NCBI RefSeq assembly: GCF_963921235.1
Contig: NC_086097.1
Span: 163,496,001 to 163,560,000 of the forward strand
DNA length: 64,000 nucleotides
Direction: 5' to 3'
From: Mobula hypostoma
Taxonomy: Eukaryota
Shown here: piece by piece, positions 51,587-64,000 of the stretch
Numbering within the stretch: position 1 is the stretch's first letter
Layout of the letters: each line of letters begins with the position of its first letter
Made by a program: the position numbers and the translations under genes
The notes under the pieces: model-generated
Seen by the model: the letters and a program-made list of their open reading frames with translations, nothing else
What the model was told of the DNA's origin: nothing
The model's database searches: none

Positions 51587-52794
51587 GTTTTAAAGGCATT
51601 TTAAAAGTTTTAGCACCTAGGTAACTGATAGAGAAAAATGATTGTAAATATAATAAATGTGGTGTTGCTAATAGTTTTTGAGAAGGTCTTTAATGAACAA
51701 TTAATTACAACATTTCTTTGTGTTGGGCGAATCTGGTGGGGCTGGTGATTCAAGGATGCACATCAGAAATTAGAGTACAGAGGTCACTGTGTCTGATGCC
51801 CAGCCTTCCAAATTCTGCTGCATGAAGTTTCTTTGAGATGGTAAACCTGACAGTGACACAAAAGTTTAACAATGATATGAGAAACACTTCTTACTAGCTT
51901 GCATTTCTTTTTACAGCATCCCAAGGAATTGTACAAGTCTTATGACAGAAACTCCTCAGATGGCTGTATGAGAGCAATTAGATGATTAATTTTAATGACG
52001 TTGATTAAGAGGTCAAAGATTTAAAAGGGACCGGAGGGGCATTTTTGTTTTACACATGCTGATGACTATATGGAACGAGCTGCCAGAAGACATGATTGAG
52101 GCAGGTACAATAATATTACTTAAGAAGCACTTGGATAAGTACTTGGAGAGACAGGAGAAATATGGGGCAAACACAGGAATTTGGGACTAACTGGATGGGC
52201 ATCATGGCTGGCATATGTTTGTAGATCATTGGGCCAGAGGGCCTGTTTCTGTGGCAGGAAAGGAATTGTTGACGTTACTGGTCAAAGCCCTGCGTCCATA
52301 ATCACAGTACTGCTCAACCAACTGAGTTCCTGCAGCAGATTGTTTATTATACCTACATAAAATATTTCTGTACCAGTTGGTGCCTCGAAGAGATCAGAGG
52401 AAACAACTGCCACAAAGGATACTGCATAGTACTGAACAGGTAATATAGGCAAGTATATTACTATAAAATTTGCTTATTTATCAGATCAACTGAGGACTGA
52501 AAATGTATGGTTTATGGCTAAGTAATTGGTCTTGAATATATGAATAATGTAATGAGGATACTTAACTGTTCAGGGTAATTAACCTCCTGGGTTGGTTTAT
52601 GGTTCTTAGTGGACAGATCCCTTGTAACCTACTTCTCACCTTTTCCTTTCATGGCATCAGTTTACCACTTGAATGCCTTCAACTGTTTTGCATTTGACTT
52701 AGCCCTTGACTACATTATGAGTCAAATATTGTTAAATAAAAGTAAAGCAACATTAGCAACTCCTGGCTGAAGACTGAATATGTACAGTGTAACT

Positions 52795-53460
52795 GATATT
52801 AGTTATTTGTACCATGATACAGTGAAAAACTTGTCTTGTAAAACTGTTTATACAAATCAAATCATAACACAGTGCATTGAACTAGAATAAGGTAAAGCAA
52901 TAACAATGCAGAATAAAGCGCAAAGATCATAACAAGGTAGATCATAATCAATGGCCCCTTCTTAGTGTACAAGAAGCCCATTCGAGAGTCTGATAACAGT
53001 AGGATAGAAGCTGTCCTTGAGTTGGTGGTACGTACATTCAGGCTTTCGTATCTTTTGCCCAATGGGTGAGAGAAGAAGAGGAATGTCCAGGGTGGAAAGG
53101 GCTTTGATTATACTGACAGCTTTGCTGAGGCAGCAAGAAGTCTAGACGGAGTCCATAGAGCAGAGCTGGTTACTGTGATATGCTGAACTGTGTCCACAAC
53201 TCTCTGCAGTTTTCTGTGGTCATTTATAGTGTAGCTGCCATACCAAGCTGTTATGCCACCAGGCTTTCTACGGTGATTAAAAATTGTTAAGAGTTGATGG
53301 GGACATGCTGAATTTCTTTAGCTCCTGAGGAAGCAGGTACGTTGATCAGCTTTCTCAGTCATGAAATTATATGGTAGAACCAGGATGTGCTGTTGGTGAT
53401 GTTCACACCAAGGAGCTTGATGTAGACAGGAGCATGTGAATCACTATCCTTTCTGAAAAC
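52795..53460 (-). mobile_element. Rex1/Babar 3' fragment
   Basis: Colinear with 2543-3250. Confidence 0.75.
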
Positions 53461-54026
53461 TACTCACTGCCTGAACATGCCAGACCTGTGCAACAAATGG
53501 TGCAGAGGTTTATAAGGTTGTGAAAAATTGTGTAGACTGAAAAATAAGGTAAAAATTTTCATTCAAAGCCAAAAGGAAGCTGCAAGATGCTCAACAGGTA
53601 AACACAACATCTGTTAAGTGACTGAATTTCATTCTGTTGAGAAAATCACAAGTTTGCTCTTTCCCCTATATTGAATTATATGATTTCAGAGGTTATTTAT
53701 TCTGTCTTCATGATCTCCAGGCTAGAGAGTGTGTGTGGAGGATGGGGCATGGTGAGGGGTAGAGAAAATAATTAGTGAGTCTTGTTACTCCTTAATGCCA
53801 TCCAGCTTTGCATACTTACCTTCTTACTTGGGATTCAGTCACATGCCTGTATTATTTTAATATTGACGGGGAGAAGCACCTGTGTTTGGCAGCTTCTGAA
53901 TTTCTAATGTGCTTCAGGGAGGTTGAATCCTCCTGGAAAAGACAATAGGTAAAATTGTGGTTAACTGTGATGAGCTCCATTTTTCAAAAAATATTCTTTA
54001 TTCATAAAAACTGCAAATTAATTGTA

Positions 54027-54323
54027 TCACAGTGGCATAGTGGTTAGCGTGATGCTATTACAGCTCGGGCATCTGAGTTGAGCTCAATCCTAGCATCGTC
54101 TGTGAGGTAGGTGTCTCTGTACGTCCTCCCCATGGAATGCATAGGTTTTCTCCAGGTGCTCCAGTTTCATTGCAGAGTCCAAAAACATACTGGGTAGGTT
54201 AATTAGTTATTGTAAATTGTCCCGTGATTAGGTTAGGGATAAATCGGGGTGCTCAAGGTTTGCCATGCAGTGTGGCTCGTAGGCACACTGCACCTCTAAA
54301 TAAATCAATAAATAAAAATAAAT
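54027..54323 (+). mobile_element. V-SINE (HE1-like)
   Basis: A box gtggcatagtggtt, V domain, (aata)n tail; homologous to 7796-8069. Confidence 0.8.
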
Positions 54324-55875
54324 ATGCCGTCCATTCATAAATTACTACTCGCTGTGCAGGACAGAAAATTCCTCTTGTGGACAATCTCACATTGTGTTAA
54401 CGTGTCCTCAATAATTTTTTCTTTTACATACAGTCTGACATAGGGCACTGCAGCACAGGAGCAGGCTCTTTGGCACATCTCGTCCATGCCAAGCTGTCAC
54501 TCTGTCAACCCACACCTCAACCACGGCCATCGGTACCCCACCCATCCATGTACTAATCCACCCTTCTCTTAAATATTGCAACCAAACTCACATCCACCAC
54601 TTCCGCAAGCAATGCATTCCACACTCAGACCACCCCTCAGGATCCCCGTAAACATTCCACCTTTCGTTCTAGTCCCTCCCTGAAGGAGATGGATGACTGA
54701 CTCATCTCTACTGCAATCCCTGCAAAGGCAGAATGTTGTTGCGTTGAGTCCTTAGCTGACCATGATAAGCTCAGAAGAACACAGCAAGTAGAAGCAGGTG
54801 CAGGCCATTTGGCCCCTTGTAGCTGCTCCACTGTCCCATATGATCGTGACTGATCTTTTACATCAATATCATTTTCCTCCTGTCTCTCTCAATACACAGA
54901 AATCTATCATTCTGTACTTAATGGTGGACAACCTGCTATTCAGCTGCTCATGTGTGTTACAAACACTTGAATGAAATGTTGGTACTCGGGAAACCAAAAT
55001 ATTATTCAAATAACAAATGCTTCTTTCTGCCTTTTAAAAATCTTCTCTCTTCTCTCATTGGTGGAACAAGAACTTTCAATAGTATAGGAAATGGGAAGAA
55101 GTATAAACGTGATGACAGAGAAGCATTTGCAGTGGAGTAGTTGTCAAAGTCTATTTTATTGCCATATGCTCAAGTACATATTTGCACAGGTGCAATGTAA
55201 AGCTAGCTTTCGGTAGCATCACAGGCACATAGCTTCATTCATATAAACAGCATTTCCAAAACAAAACATAACTTATAAACAATTATGGGCCAGTTTAATG
55301 GTAGTGTTGATAAAATTTGTCAACAGGATGTGGCTGGTGTTCTGGTGGAGAGTTGCATGGTACCAAGAGAAGGAAGTGTGGAATGGCATGAAAGAATGGC
55401 ACTGAGCCAAATCAGTAATCAGCAGGGCTAGGTATGATACAAATTGTTGAGGAATGCAGGCAGGAACAGTGGTCAACTGCGGAGTAGGAATTGTCCTGGG
55501 AAGGACAATTCCTATTGAAAATTAAGTGAAAATAATGTGTTTCAAATTAAGAAAACTCTATACAAAATCTATCGTAATGAGAACTGGAGAAGGTTCGAAG
55601 TCTATGGAAGGTTAATTCTATTAACCTCTATTAATCAACCACTGAGGCTTTTTAAATAAATTAGGCAGGCTTTGATGGATTTTTAATTGTGCAAACATGT
55701 CCACTATATTCAGAGAAAAGCTAAAAAGTTTTAAAGGGTGTTCTAAATGCTATTTAAATGTTGCCTGGGAATTATTTCTCTGTTGTTTATTTATATATAA
55801 TTTGCTGTATTGTTTTGATGCTGCTTCACCTCTAGGATTCAGCGCCAAACAGACGAGCTTAGCTACTTTTTACAG

Positions 55876-56090
55876 TAAACACGAGGAATTCTGCAGATGC
55901 TGGAAGTTCAAGCAACACACATCAAAGTTGCTGGTGAACGCAGCGGGCCAGGCAGCATCTCTAGGAAGAGGTACAGTCGACGTTTCGGGCCGAGACCCTT
56001 CGTCAGGGTCTCGGCCCGAAACGTCGACTGTACCTCTTCCTAGAGATGCTGCCTGGCCCGCTGCGTTCACCAGCAACTTTGATGTGTATT
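55876..56090. mobile_element. Young fold-back Penelope-like pLTR insertion (perfect 83-bp palindrome)
   Basis: Arms 55917-55999 and 56005-56087 are exact reverse complements around a 5-nt loop; perfect 14-bp TSD gctactttttacag (55862-55875 / 56091-56104). Confidence 0.95.
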
Positions 56091-56349
56091 GCTACTTTTT
56101 ACAGATATGTTTTGGGAATGAAGAGTTGAATACTAGATGGCACAAAGGTAGGGGTGGGGTAGATTCTTTAGTCTGTTAACAAGTGTAGCTGATGAGCTCA
56201 AAACCTCTGAGATAGGGGAAATAATGAGGGGATAGGAGTGGGAGGGTGACAGGTGGGGGTGTATTAACTATCAAACTGACTTGATTACTTGACCATCATA
56301 ATGAAAATAATCATGTTTCTACATAGAAGCATTTTTATATTGAAAAATA

Positions 56350-59300
56350 GGGAGAGTGTAATACTGGATCTTTTATTAGGAAATGAGACAGGGCAGGTGA
56401 CAGAAATGTGTGCAGGGTAACACTTTTGATCCAGTGATTATAATTATGTTTGTTTTAGAAAATTATGGAGAAAGATAGGACATGTCCTTGGGTTGAGATT
56501 CAAAATTGGAGAAAGACCAATTTTGATGGCATCAGGAAGGATCTGTAGTTATGGATTGGAGTAGGTTGCTTTCTGTTAAGTGGGCGGCCTTCAACAATGA
56601 AATATTTAGAGCACAGTGTTGATATGTTCTTGTTAGAATACAGGGCAAGGCTCACAGGTTTAGGGAATTGGTTTCTGGGAAATATTGAGACCCTGCTTAA
56701 GAAGAAGGAGATGAATAGCAAGTACAGGCAGCAAGTAACAAATGAGGCAGTAGAATATAAAAAAAATGCAAGAGAGCACTTAAGAGGGAAATCAGGAGTG
56801 CTAAAGGAATGCATGAGGCTGCTCTAACAGACAAGATGAAGGAGAATCACAAGAGTTTCTGCAGATATATTAAGAGCAAAAGGATAAGAGACAAAATTGG
56901 TCCATGTGAAGATCACATGGTGATCTGTGCATGGTGCTGAAAGAGATAGGGAGGTCATAATTGGTGTATTTATATCTGTATTTACTTGGGAGAAGGACAC
57001 AAAGTTTATAAAACTGAGGCAAAACAGTAGCAAGGTTATGGACATATCAGAATTACAGAAGAGGAGGTGCATGCCATCTTGAGGCAAATTAAGGTGGATA
57101 AGTGTACAAGGCCTGCCAATGTGTCCCCTTGGACCTTGTAGGAGGCATGTACAAAAGTTGCAGGGAACTTGGCAGAGGTACTGAAACACTCTAAATCATG
57201 GCATGGTATCCGAGGATTGGAGGATTGTTAATGTTGTTCCATTGTTTAAGAAGAGCTCAAAGAATAAGATGGGAAGTTATAGGCTGATGACATCAGCAAT
57301 GGGTAAATTATTGGAAGATGTTCTGAAGGACAGGATATATAAGTATTTGGATAGATAGAGCCTGAAGAGAAAAAGTCAACATGGCGTTGTAGGTCATATC
57401 TAACCAAACTCGTAGAGATTTTTGAAGAGGTTACCAGGAAAGTTGTTGAAAGAAAGGTAGTGGCTATTGTCTCTATGGACTTTGGTAAGGCTTTTTCACA
57501 TAGTCTCACATGGGAGGCTAGTCTAGAAGTTTCAGTTGCTTGACATTAAGGATGAAGTGATAAATTAGATTTAACTTTGGTTTAGTGGGAGAAAATATTC
57601 AGAGTCTTCATCAACCAGAAGCCCTGGATGCACCATGTGATCCACAATCTGTTAAAGGCCAGATCAGTGGCATTCAGGTCTAGTGACCAAGGAAGATTTA
57701 AGAGGTCTAGGTACAATCTGCAGAAAGCCACCTCATGTGCGAAATGACAATTCTGGACCAAAACTGAATCACTGAAATGTGCTCAACAGCTGTGGCAGGG
57801 TTTGAATGCTATTACCTTTTACAAAGTGAAACCAAACGACGTAGATGTCAACAAGGCTTCACTCCCGGATGAGCTTAATGCCTCCCATGTTCACCTTGTC
57901 TGTCAAAAACTGGATGAATCTTCACTCACACCCTCCAATGACCCTGTGATTTCAAACTCTGAGGCTGATGTGAGAGCATCCTTCATGATGGTGTACCCAC
58001 AGAAAACATCCAGCCCAGATGGGATACCTGGCCGAGTGCTAAAATCTGTGCTGATCAACTGGCTGGAGTGTTCACTGATACCATTAACCTTTTGCTTCTG
58101 CAGCCCTGAGGTACCTACCTGCTTCAAGCAGGCTTCAATTATACCAGTGCATAAGAAAAACGTGGTAACTTGCCTCAAGGATCATCATCCAGTAGCACTT
58201 ACACCCACTGGGATGAAGTGTTTTGAGAGGTTGCTGATGAAACAGATCAACTTCTGCCTGTGAAACGACTTGGATCTGCTCCAATTTGCCTACCGTCACA
58301 ACAAGTCCAGAGCAGATATCATTTCCTTGGCTCTTCAACCAACCCTGGAACATCTAGACAGCAAAGATTCATACATCAGGATGCTCTTTATCAACTACAG
58401 CTCGACATTCAATGCTATCGTCCCCTCAAAACTAATCAATAAGCTTCAAGAATTTGGCCTGAATACCTCCTTGTGCAATTGGATCTTCAATTTCCTCAGC
58501 TGTAGACTCCAGTCAGTTTAGATTGGCAAAAACATCTCCGACAAAATCCATCAGCACAGGTGCACCAAAGGCCGTGTGCTTAGCCCCCTGCTCTGCTCCA
58601 TTTATATTTGCAGCTGTGAGGCTAAGCACAGCTCCAGTGCTATACTTAAGTTGCTGATGACAGCATTGTCACTGGCCGAATCAAAGGTGGTGATCAATCA
58701 GCATACAGGAGGGAGAATGAATATCTAGCAGAGTGGTGCCACCACAACAACCTGTCACTCAATGTCAGCAAGGCCAAGGAGCTGATTATTATCTTCAGGA
58801 GGAGGAATCTGGAGGTGCATGAGCCAGTTCTGATTGGAGGATCAGAGGTGGAGAGGGTCAGCAACTTTAAATTCATTTCAAAGGATCTATCCCGTGTCCA
58901 GCAAGTAAATGCCATTACAAAGAAAACACAACAGTGCCTCTACTTCCTTAAAAGTTTAAGGTTCAGCATGACATCGAAAACTGACAAGTTTGTATAGATG
59001 TGTGCTGGAGGGTATATTGACTGGCTACATCACTGCACTTGAACAGAAAATCCTACAAAAAGTAGTGGATACAGCCCAATCCATCATGGGTAAAGCCCTC
59101 TCCAGCACTGAGCACATCTACATGGAGCGCTGTTGCAGGAAAGCAGCATCCTTCATCCAGGACCCCACCACCCAGACCACGCTCTCTACTCCTAGCTGCC
59201 ATCAAGACGAATGTACTGTCACCTCAGGACCAAAACCACCAGGTACAGGACCAGTTATTACCCCTCAACCATCATGCTCTTGAACCAGAGCGGATAACTT

Positions 59301-60450
59301 CATTTGCCCCATCACTGAACTGTTCCCACAACCTCTTCGTTCACTTTGAAGGACTCATCATCTCATGTTCTCAACATTCATTGCTTATTTATTGTTATTC
59401 TTTTGTATTTGCAGTTTGTATCTTATGTACACTGGCTGTTTGCCCATCTTGTTGAAGGCAGTCTTTCATTGATTCTATTGAATTTCTTGGATTTACTGTG
59501 TATGCCCATAAGAAAATGAATGTCAGGGTTGTGTGTGATAAATTTACATTGAACTTTGATAATGTGGTAAACTTGATCAGCAACTTTGTGACACTAAAAT
59601 TAGGGTATTTTGGACAGTGAGTAAGACTATCAAAGCTTGCTGCAGCATCTGGAGCAGCTGGAAACATGGACAGAAATATGGCAGATGGAACTGAATGCAG
59701 ATAAGTGTGATGTATTGCACTTTAGGAGGATAAACTAGGGTAGAACTTTTATCAATGAATGGGAGGGCACTGAGGAGAGTGGTAGAACAAACAGATGTGG
59801 GAATGCAGATCCATAATTCCTTGAACATGGTGTCACAGGTAGATAAGGTCATAAAAAGAGCTCTTGGCACATTGGCCTTCACAAATCAGAGTATTGAGTA
59901 TAGTTGTTTGGATGTTATGTTGAAATTGTACAAGATTTTGGTGAGGCTAAATTTGCAGTGTTCTGTGCATTTCCACAGTCACCTACCTACAGGAAAGATA
60001 TCACAGAGTACAGAGAAAATTTACAAGGATGTTGCTGGGACTTAAATCCCTGAGTTATAGGGCAAGGGAGTATAGTTTCCTGGATTGTAGGAGAATGAGG
60101 AGGGGCTTGATGGGGTATCAAAAATTGAGCGGTATAGCTGGGGTAAATGCAAGCAGTCTTTTTCCTTCTGAGGTTGGATGAGACTAGAACGAGGTGAAAG
60201 GTGAAATATTTACGGGGAACCTGAGGGGTAACTTTATTTTACTCAGGGTGGTGCAAGTGTGGAATAAGCCACTAGCAGAAGAGGTGGGTATGGGGTTGAT
60301 TACAACATTTAATTGAAGTTTGGATAACTACATGGATGGGAGGGCTTTATTCCAGGTGCTAGCCAATTGAACTAGGTAGAATAACAGTTCTGCATCGACT
60401 AGCTGAGCCTAAGGGCCTATTTCTGTACTGTGGGCCTATTTCTATGACTC
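56350..60450 (+). mobile_element. Long degenerate CR1 LINE interrupted by Rex1
   Basis: CR1 ORF2 remnants at 56350-57595 and 59575-60450 (ORF 59755-60045 QVDKVIKRALGTLAF..MLKLYKILVR) plus 3'UTR. Confidence 0.8.
57596..59560 (+). mobile_element. Rex1/Babar LINE RT region to 3' end
   Basis: ORFs 57802-58263 (PDGIPGRVLK; IIPVHKK..PVALT..MKCFERL), 58270-58521, 58990-59283; tail ataaatttacattgaactttga. Confidence 0.9.
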
Positions 60451-61504
60451 TCCCTGGTGCGGTTCTTTGCAGTTCACTCACAAAACAAAATTTTATGGGG
60501 TTTGAGTGAGTGAGGATGAGAGATAAATTAATAGAGGTGACTTACTAAGCTGATAAGTAGCATAGATAGAATGGACAGCCAATGCCTTTTTCCCAGTGTG
60601 ACAATGACTAATATGAGAGGACATAAGGAAAATATAGAGGAGCTGAGTGGTAATCGTACTGAGTACACAGTGGTAAGTGCATGGAATGCATTGTCAGCCT
60701 TGATGGTAGAGTCAGATATGTTAGGGACATTTAAGGGATTTTCCGATAGAGGGAGGAAAAATGGAGGGCTATGTTGGAGGGAAGGATTAAATTGATCTTG
60801 GAGTAAGGAAGAGCAGGTCAGGTTTACAGCAACTTAGTCAATTAGTTATAGAAAATTATTGAAATAGTGAAAGCGAGCAGAAACAGGGGAGTGCAGTTGC
60901 AGAGTTGCAAGACTGGAGCAGTTTGAGCATTTTTGTAAGCACTGACATCCCACAGCAAAACTTGAAACAAGCATATCTTCATCTCACAGGAGCTAATTAC
61001 TCCAATTTTTCGGCTGCCAGTTAGCGCTTCAGATCAATTACTTCACGCTAGGCCTGAAATATTAACTCTATTTCTCTCTCCACAGACACCGCCTGACCTG
61101 CTGAGTACTTCCAGCATTTTATATTTTACCTATAACTGAGACCTGTGTGTGAAGAGAGTGCTTCTTTTCTATCTCAGAGACTTCTTAAATTAGAACTACC
61201 TGGATGCTGATAGGTCACTGCAGTGTTCCAGCAGTCAGTAGTCAGCATATGGCACTAGATAACATCCTGACTTGATTACTTCTGAAACCACAGGAAAATT
61301 GAGATTAATTTTTATGGGATAGATTTTGGTGTCTGTACATGGCAGCACACTGAGTGAGTGTAAATTTGGAAAAGATTTTCTTTGGGTCTGATAATGAAGA
61401 CAGTAGAGATTAATGGTGCTAGCAATGTACCTTTGAGAGCAGTGGCAGAATTTTAATGTAGGGATGGAGCAGCTGAACTGGACCAATGGCTGACCTGATG
61501 GAGA

Positions 61505-62275
61505 AATAAATAAGGAGCAGAATTAAATTATTCAGGCCATCAAGTCTGCTCTACTATTCAATTGTGGTTGGTTTATTTTTCCTCTCAACCCCACGTTCTA
61601 CGTTCTCCCCATAACCTTTGACACCCCTACTAATCAAGAACTTCTCTACCACCGCTTTACATATACCCAATGAATTGGCCTCCAAAGCCATCTGTGGCAA
61701 TGAATTCTGCATTCAGCACCATCTAGCTAAAGAAATTCCCTTCTGTTCTAAAGGAGCATCCTTGTTTTCCGAGGCTGTGCTGCCTGGTTCTAGATCCTCC
61801 CCTATTGGAAACATCCTCTCCACATCCAATCTATCTAGACCTATCAATATTTGGTAAGTTTCAATGAGATATCCCCCCCCCCCCCCCATTCTTCTCAACT
61901 CCAATGACTACAGGCTCAGAGCCAACAAACACCCCTCGTATGTTAAACCTTTCATTTCTGGGATCATTCTTGTGAATCTTCACTGGATCCTCTCCAGTGC
62001 CAGCACATTATTTTTAGGTAAGGGGACGAAGACTGCTCATAATACTCCAAATATGGTCTAGCCTGATAAAGCTTCAGCATTACATCCTTGTTTTTATGTT
62101 CTAGTTCTCACGAAATCAATGCCAATGTTGCATTTGCCTTCCTTTCCACTGACTAAACCTGCTAGAGAACCATTAGGAAATCCCACACGAGGACGCCCAA
62201 GTCCCTTTGCACCTCCGATTTCTGAATTCACACCCTGTTTAGAAAATAGTCTACAATGAACACCTCTTAATTCAG
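61505..62275 (-). mobile_element. CR1 3' fragment
   Basis: ORF 61713-61904 LIETYQILIGLDRLDVERMFP. Confidence 0.8.
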
Positions 62276-62989
62276 AGTAATGTGCATCACTGCATTCGTT
62301 CATGTCCAACACATCACTGAAACTTTAAACCAATTTATCGACTATGCTGGAAAATATAGAAAATTCAAGAGCTTAATTTATTTCCTTCTGTGTTTGATTG
62401 ACATATGTCCTTTTGTAATGAAATTACTATTGCAAGATTAATGGTGCTTCACATCAATTAAATATTAGAGATTCTGGTTTAGGCAACAGTCAGTTTAATT
62501 TTGTAATATAACATTTTGCTTGTGTGAAGCAGTCCTCAGCCTGCACTCTCTTTCTTTCAGTCCTCCAGTTTTAATGCTTTCTTGTCTGCCTCTTTTTAGA
62601 TACCATTTGGTCTTTTGGTCAGTGCAACTCAGAACTATCCAGGCAGGTAACGCTGAATTTCCTATGAAATTCACTATTGCTGCTAGGCTAATGTGAAATA
62701 AAATCAAAGGACTGGGAAGCTGACAGAATTGGAATTCGGTTTATTATTACTGAGATACAGTGAGAAGTTTGTTTGCTGCCATCTGGACAGGTCATTCTAT
62801 GCAAAAGTATGATAAGATAGTAAAAAGGAAAAACAGAATGCAGAGTAATGTAGTTTTACAGCTGTAGGGACAGTGCAGATAGTCAAAGTGCCAAGCTGAG
62901 GTATATCAAGAGTTCATTTTTAAGTGTATGAGAGAATAGAAAGGATGCCAAGTTTTAATCTCCTCGAGTAGCTTGCTCCTTCCCTACCA

Positions 62990-63348
62990 TATAAACATAT
63001 AACAATTACAGCACGGAAACAGGCCATCTCGGCCCTTCTAGTCCGTGCCGAACTCTTACCCTATCCTATTCCCACCAACCTGCACTCAGCCCATAACCCT
63101 CCATTCCTTTCCTGTCCATATATCGATCCAACTTAACTTTAAACGACAACATAGAACCTGCCTCAACCACTTCTGCTGGAATCTCGTTCCACACAGCTAC
63201 CACTCTCTGAGTAAAGAAGTTCCCCCTCATGTTACTCCTAAACTTTTGTCCTCTTATTCTCAACCCATGTCCTCTTGTTTGAATCTTCCCCACTCTCAAT
63301 GGAAAAAGTCTAACCACGTCAACTCTATCAATCCCCCTCATAATTTTA
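62990..63348 (-). mobile_element. CR1 3' fragment
   Basis: ORF 63066-63341 MRGIDRVD..TRGHGL..FFTQRVVAVWN. Confidence 0.9.
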
Positions 63349-63725
63349 AATTAACGGAACTGTTAATGCCCCACCTCCCATTCATACCCCATCCATTATT
63401 TATTTATTATCATTATTATTTTTTCCTCTCTCTCTCTCCTTTTTCTCCCTCTGTCCCTCTCACCATACTCCTTGCCCATTCTCTGGGCTTCCCCCCCTCC
63501 CCCTTTCTTTCTCCCTAGGCCTCCCGTCCCATGATCCTCTTATATCCCTTTTGCCAATCAACTTTCCAGCTCTTAGCTCCATCCCTCCCCCTCCCACTTT
63601 CAAATCTTTTACTATCTCTTCTTTCAGTTAGTCCTGACAAAGGGTCTTGGCCCGAAACGTCGACTGTATCTCTTCCTATAGATGCTGCCTGGCCTGCGTT
63701 CACCAGCATTTTTTATGTGTGTTGC
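63349..63725 (+). mobile_element. Penelope-like 3'UTR/pLTR with mutated hammerhead (CTGACAA)
   Basis: Reverse-complement match to 30672-31070; agtcctgacaaagggtcttggcccgaaacgtcgact at 63630-63665. Confidence 0.88.
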
Positions 63726-64000
63726 TATAAGTACATGAAGAGCTTTTGAATGGAAGCAGACACACACTGCATTAATAGGAAATGATCCATTGTTCTTACG
63801 CACAATCTATTCAATGAATCAAACCTTGATTGCAGTGGGCAAAGTTGTCCCTTAAATGTTACTGTACTGCAGATTAAAAATGCCTGAGCATGCTTTTGGT
63901 GCTCAAGTATATTAAATGTCTGCACAATTATATTTTTGTTTAATCACTGTCAATTAAACTTACTAGGGAAAATTTAACCCACAGCATATTTGTCCACTTT

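Noticed and set aside
55870..56076. ORFs starting MLVNAAGQ (also 30684, 33439, 55697, 63515), resembling the start of the next PTPRM MAM exon (FMLVNASG)
   Set aside because: They are translations of the multi-copy Penelope pLTR; no downstream KENDTHCIDF motif and no exon context.

Overview
Eukaryotic, AT-rich, repeat-dense vertebrate DNA. The repeat set (CR1/HER1-type LINEs, V-SINEs, Deu-SINEs, Rex1/Babar, Penelope-like elements) points to a cartilaginous fish, probably a ray (inference). The only host coding sequence is one 126-bp phase-1/phase-1 exon (36195-36320, +) encoding the start of the MAM domain of a type IIB receptor tyrosine phosphatase (PTPRM/PTPRT-like); the rest is most simply its flanking introns. 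Most ORFs in the track are transposon remnants or noise. Main points of interest: (1) an old, antisense, pol-less class III (ERV-L/ERV-S-like) provirus with paired LTRs, a 5-bp TSD, a tRNA-Ser-like PBS, an Fv1/ERV-L-like gag and an env TM remnant (37691-43484); (2) two Penelope-like families carrying minimal hammerhead ribozyme motifs, repeatedly inserted as short TSD-flanked fold-back units, including a perfect 83-bp palindrome, with breakpoints clustering at the ribozyme core; (3) several resolvable nested insertions, a young solo LTR, and an unclassified ~200-bp inverted-repeat element. Boundaries of degenerate repeats are approximate and family names come from motif recognition, not database searches.
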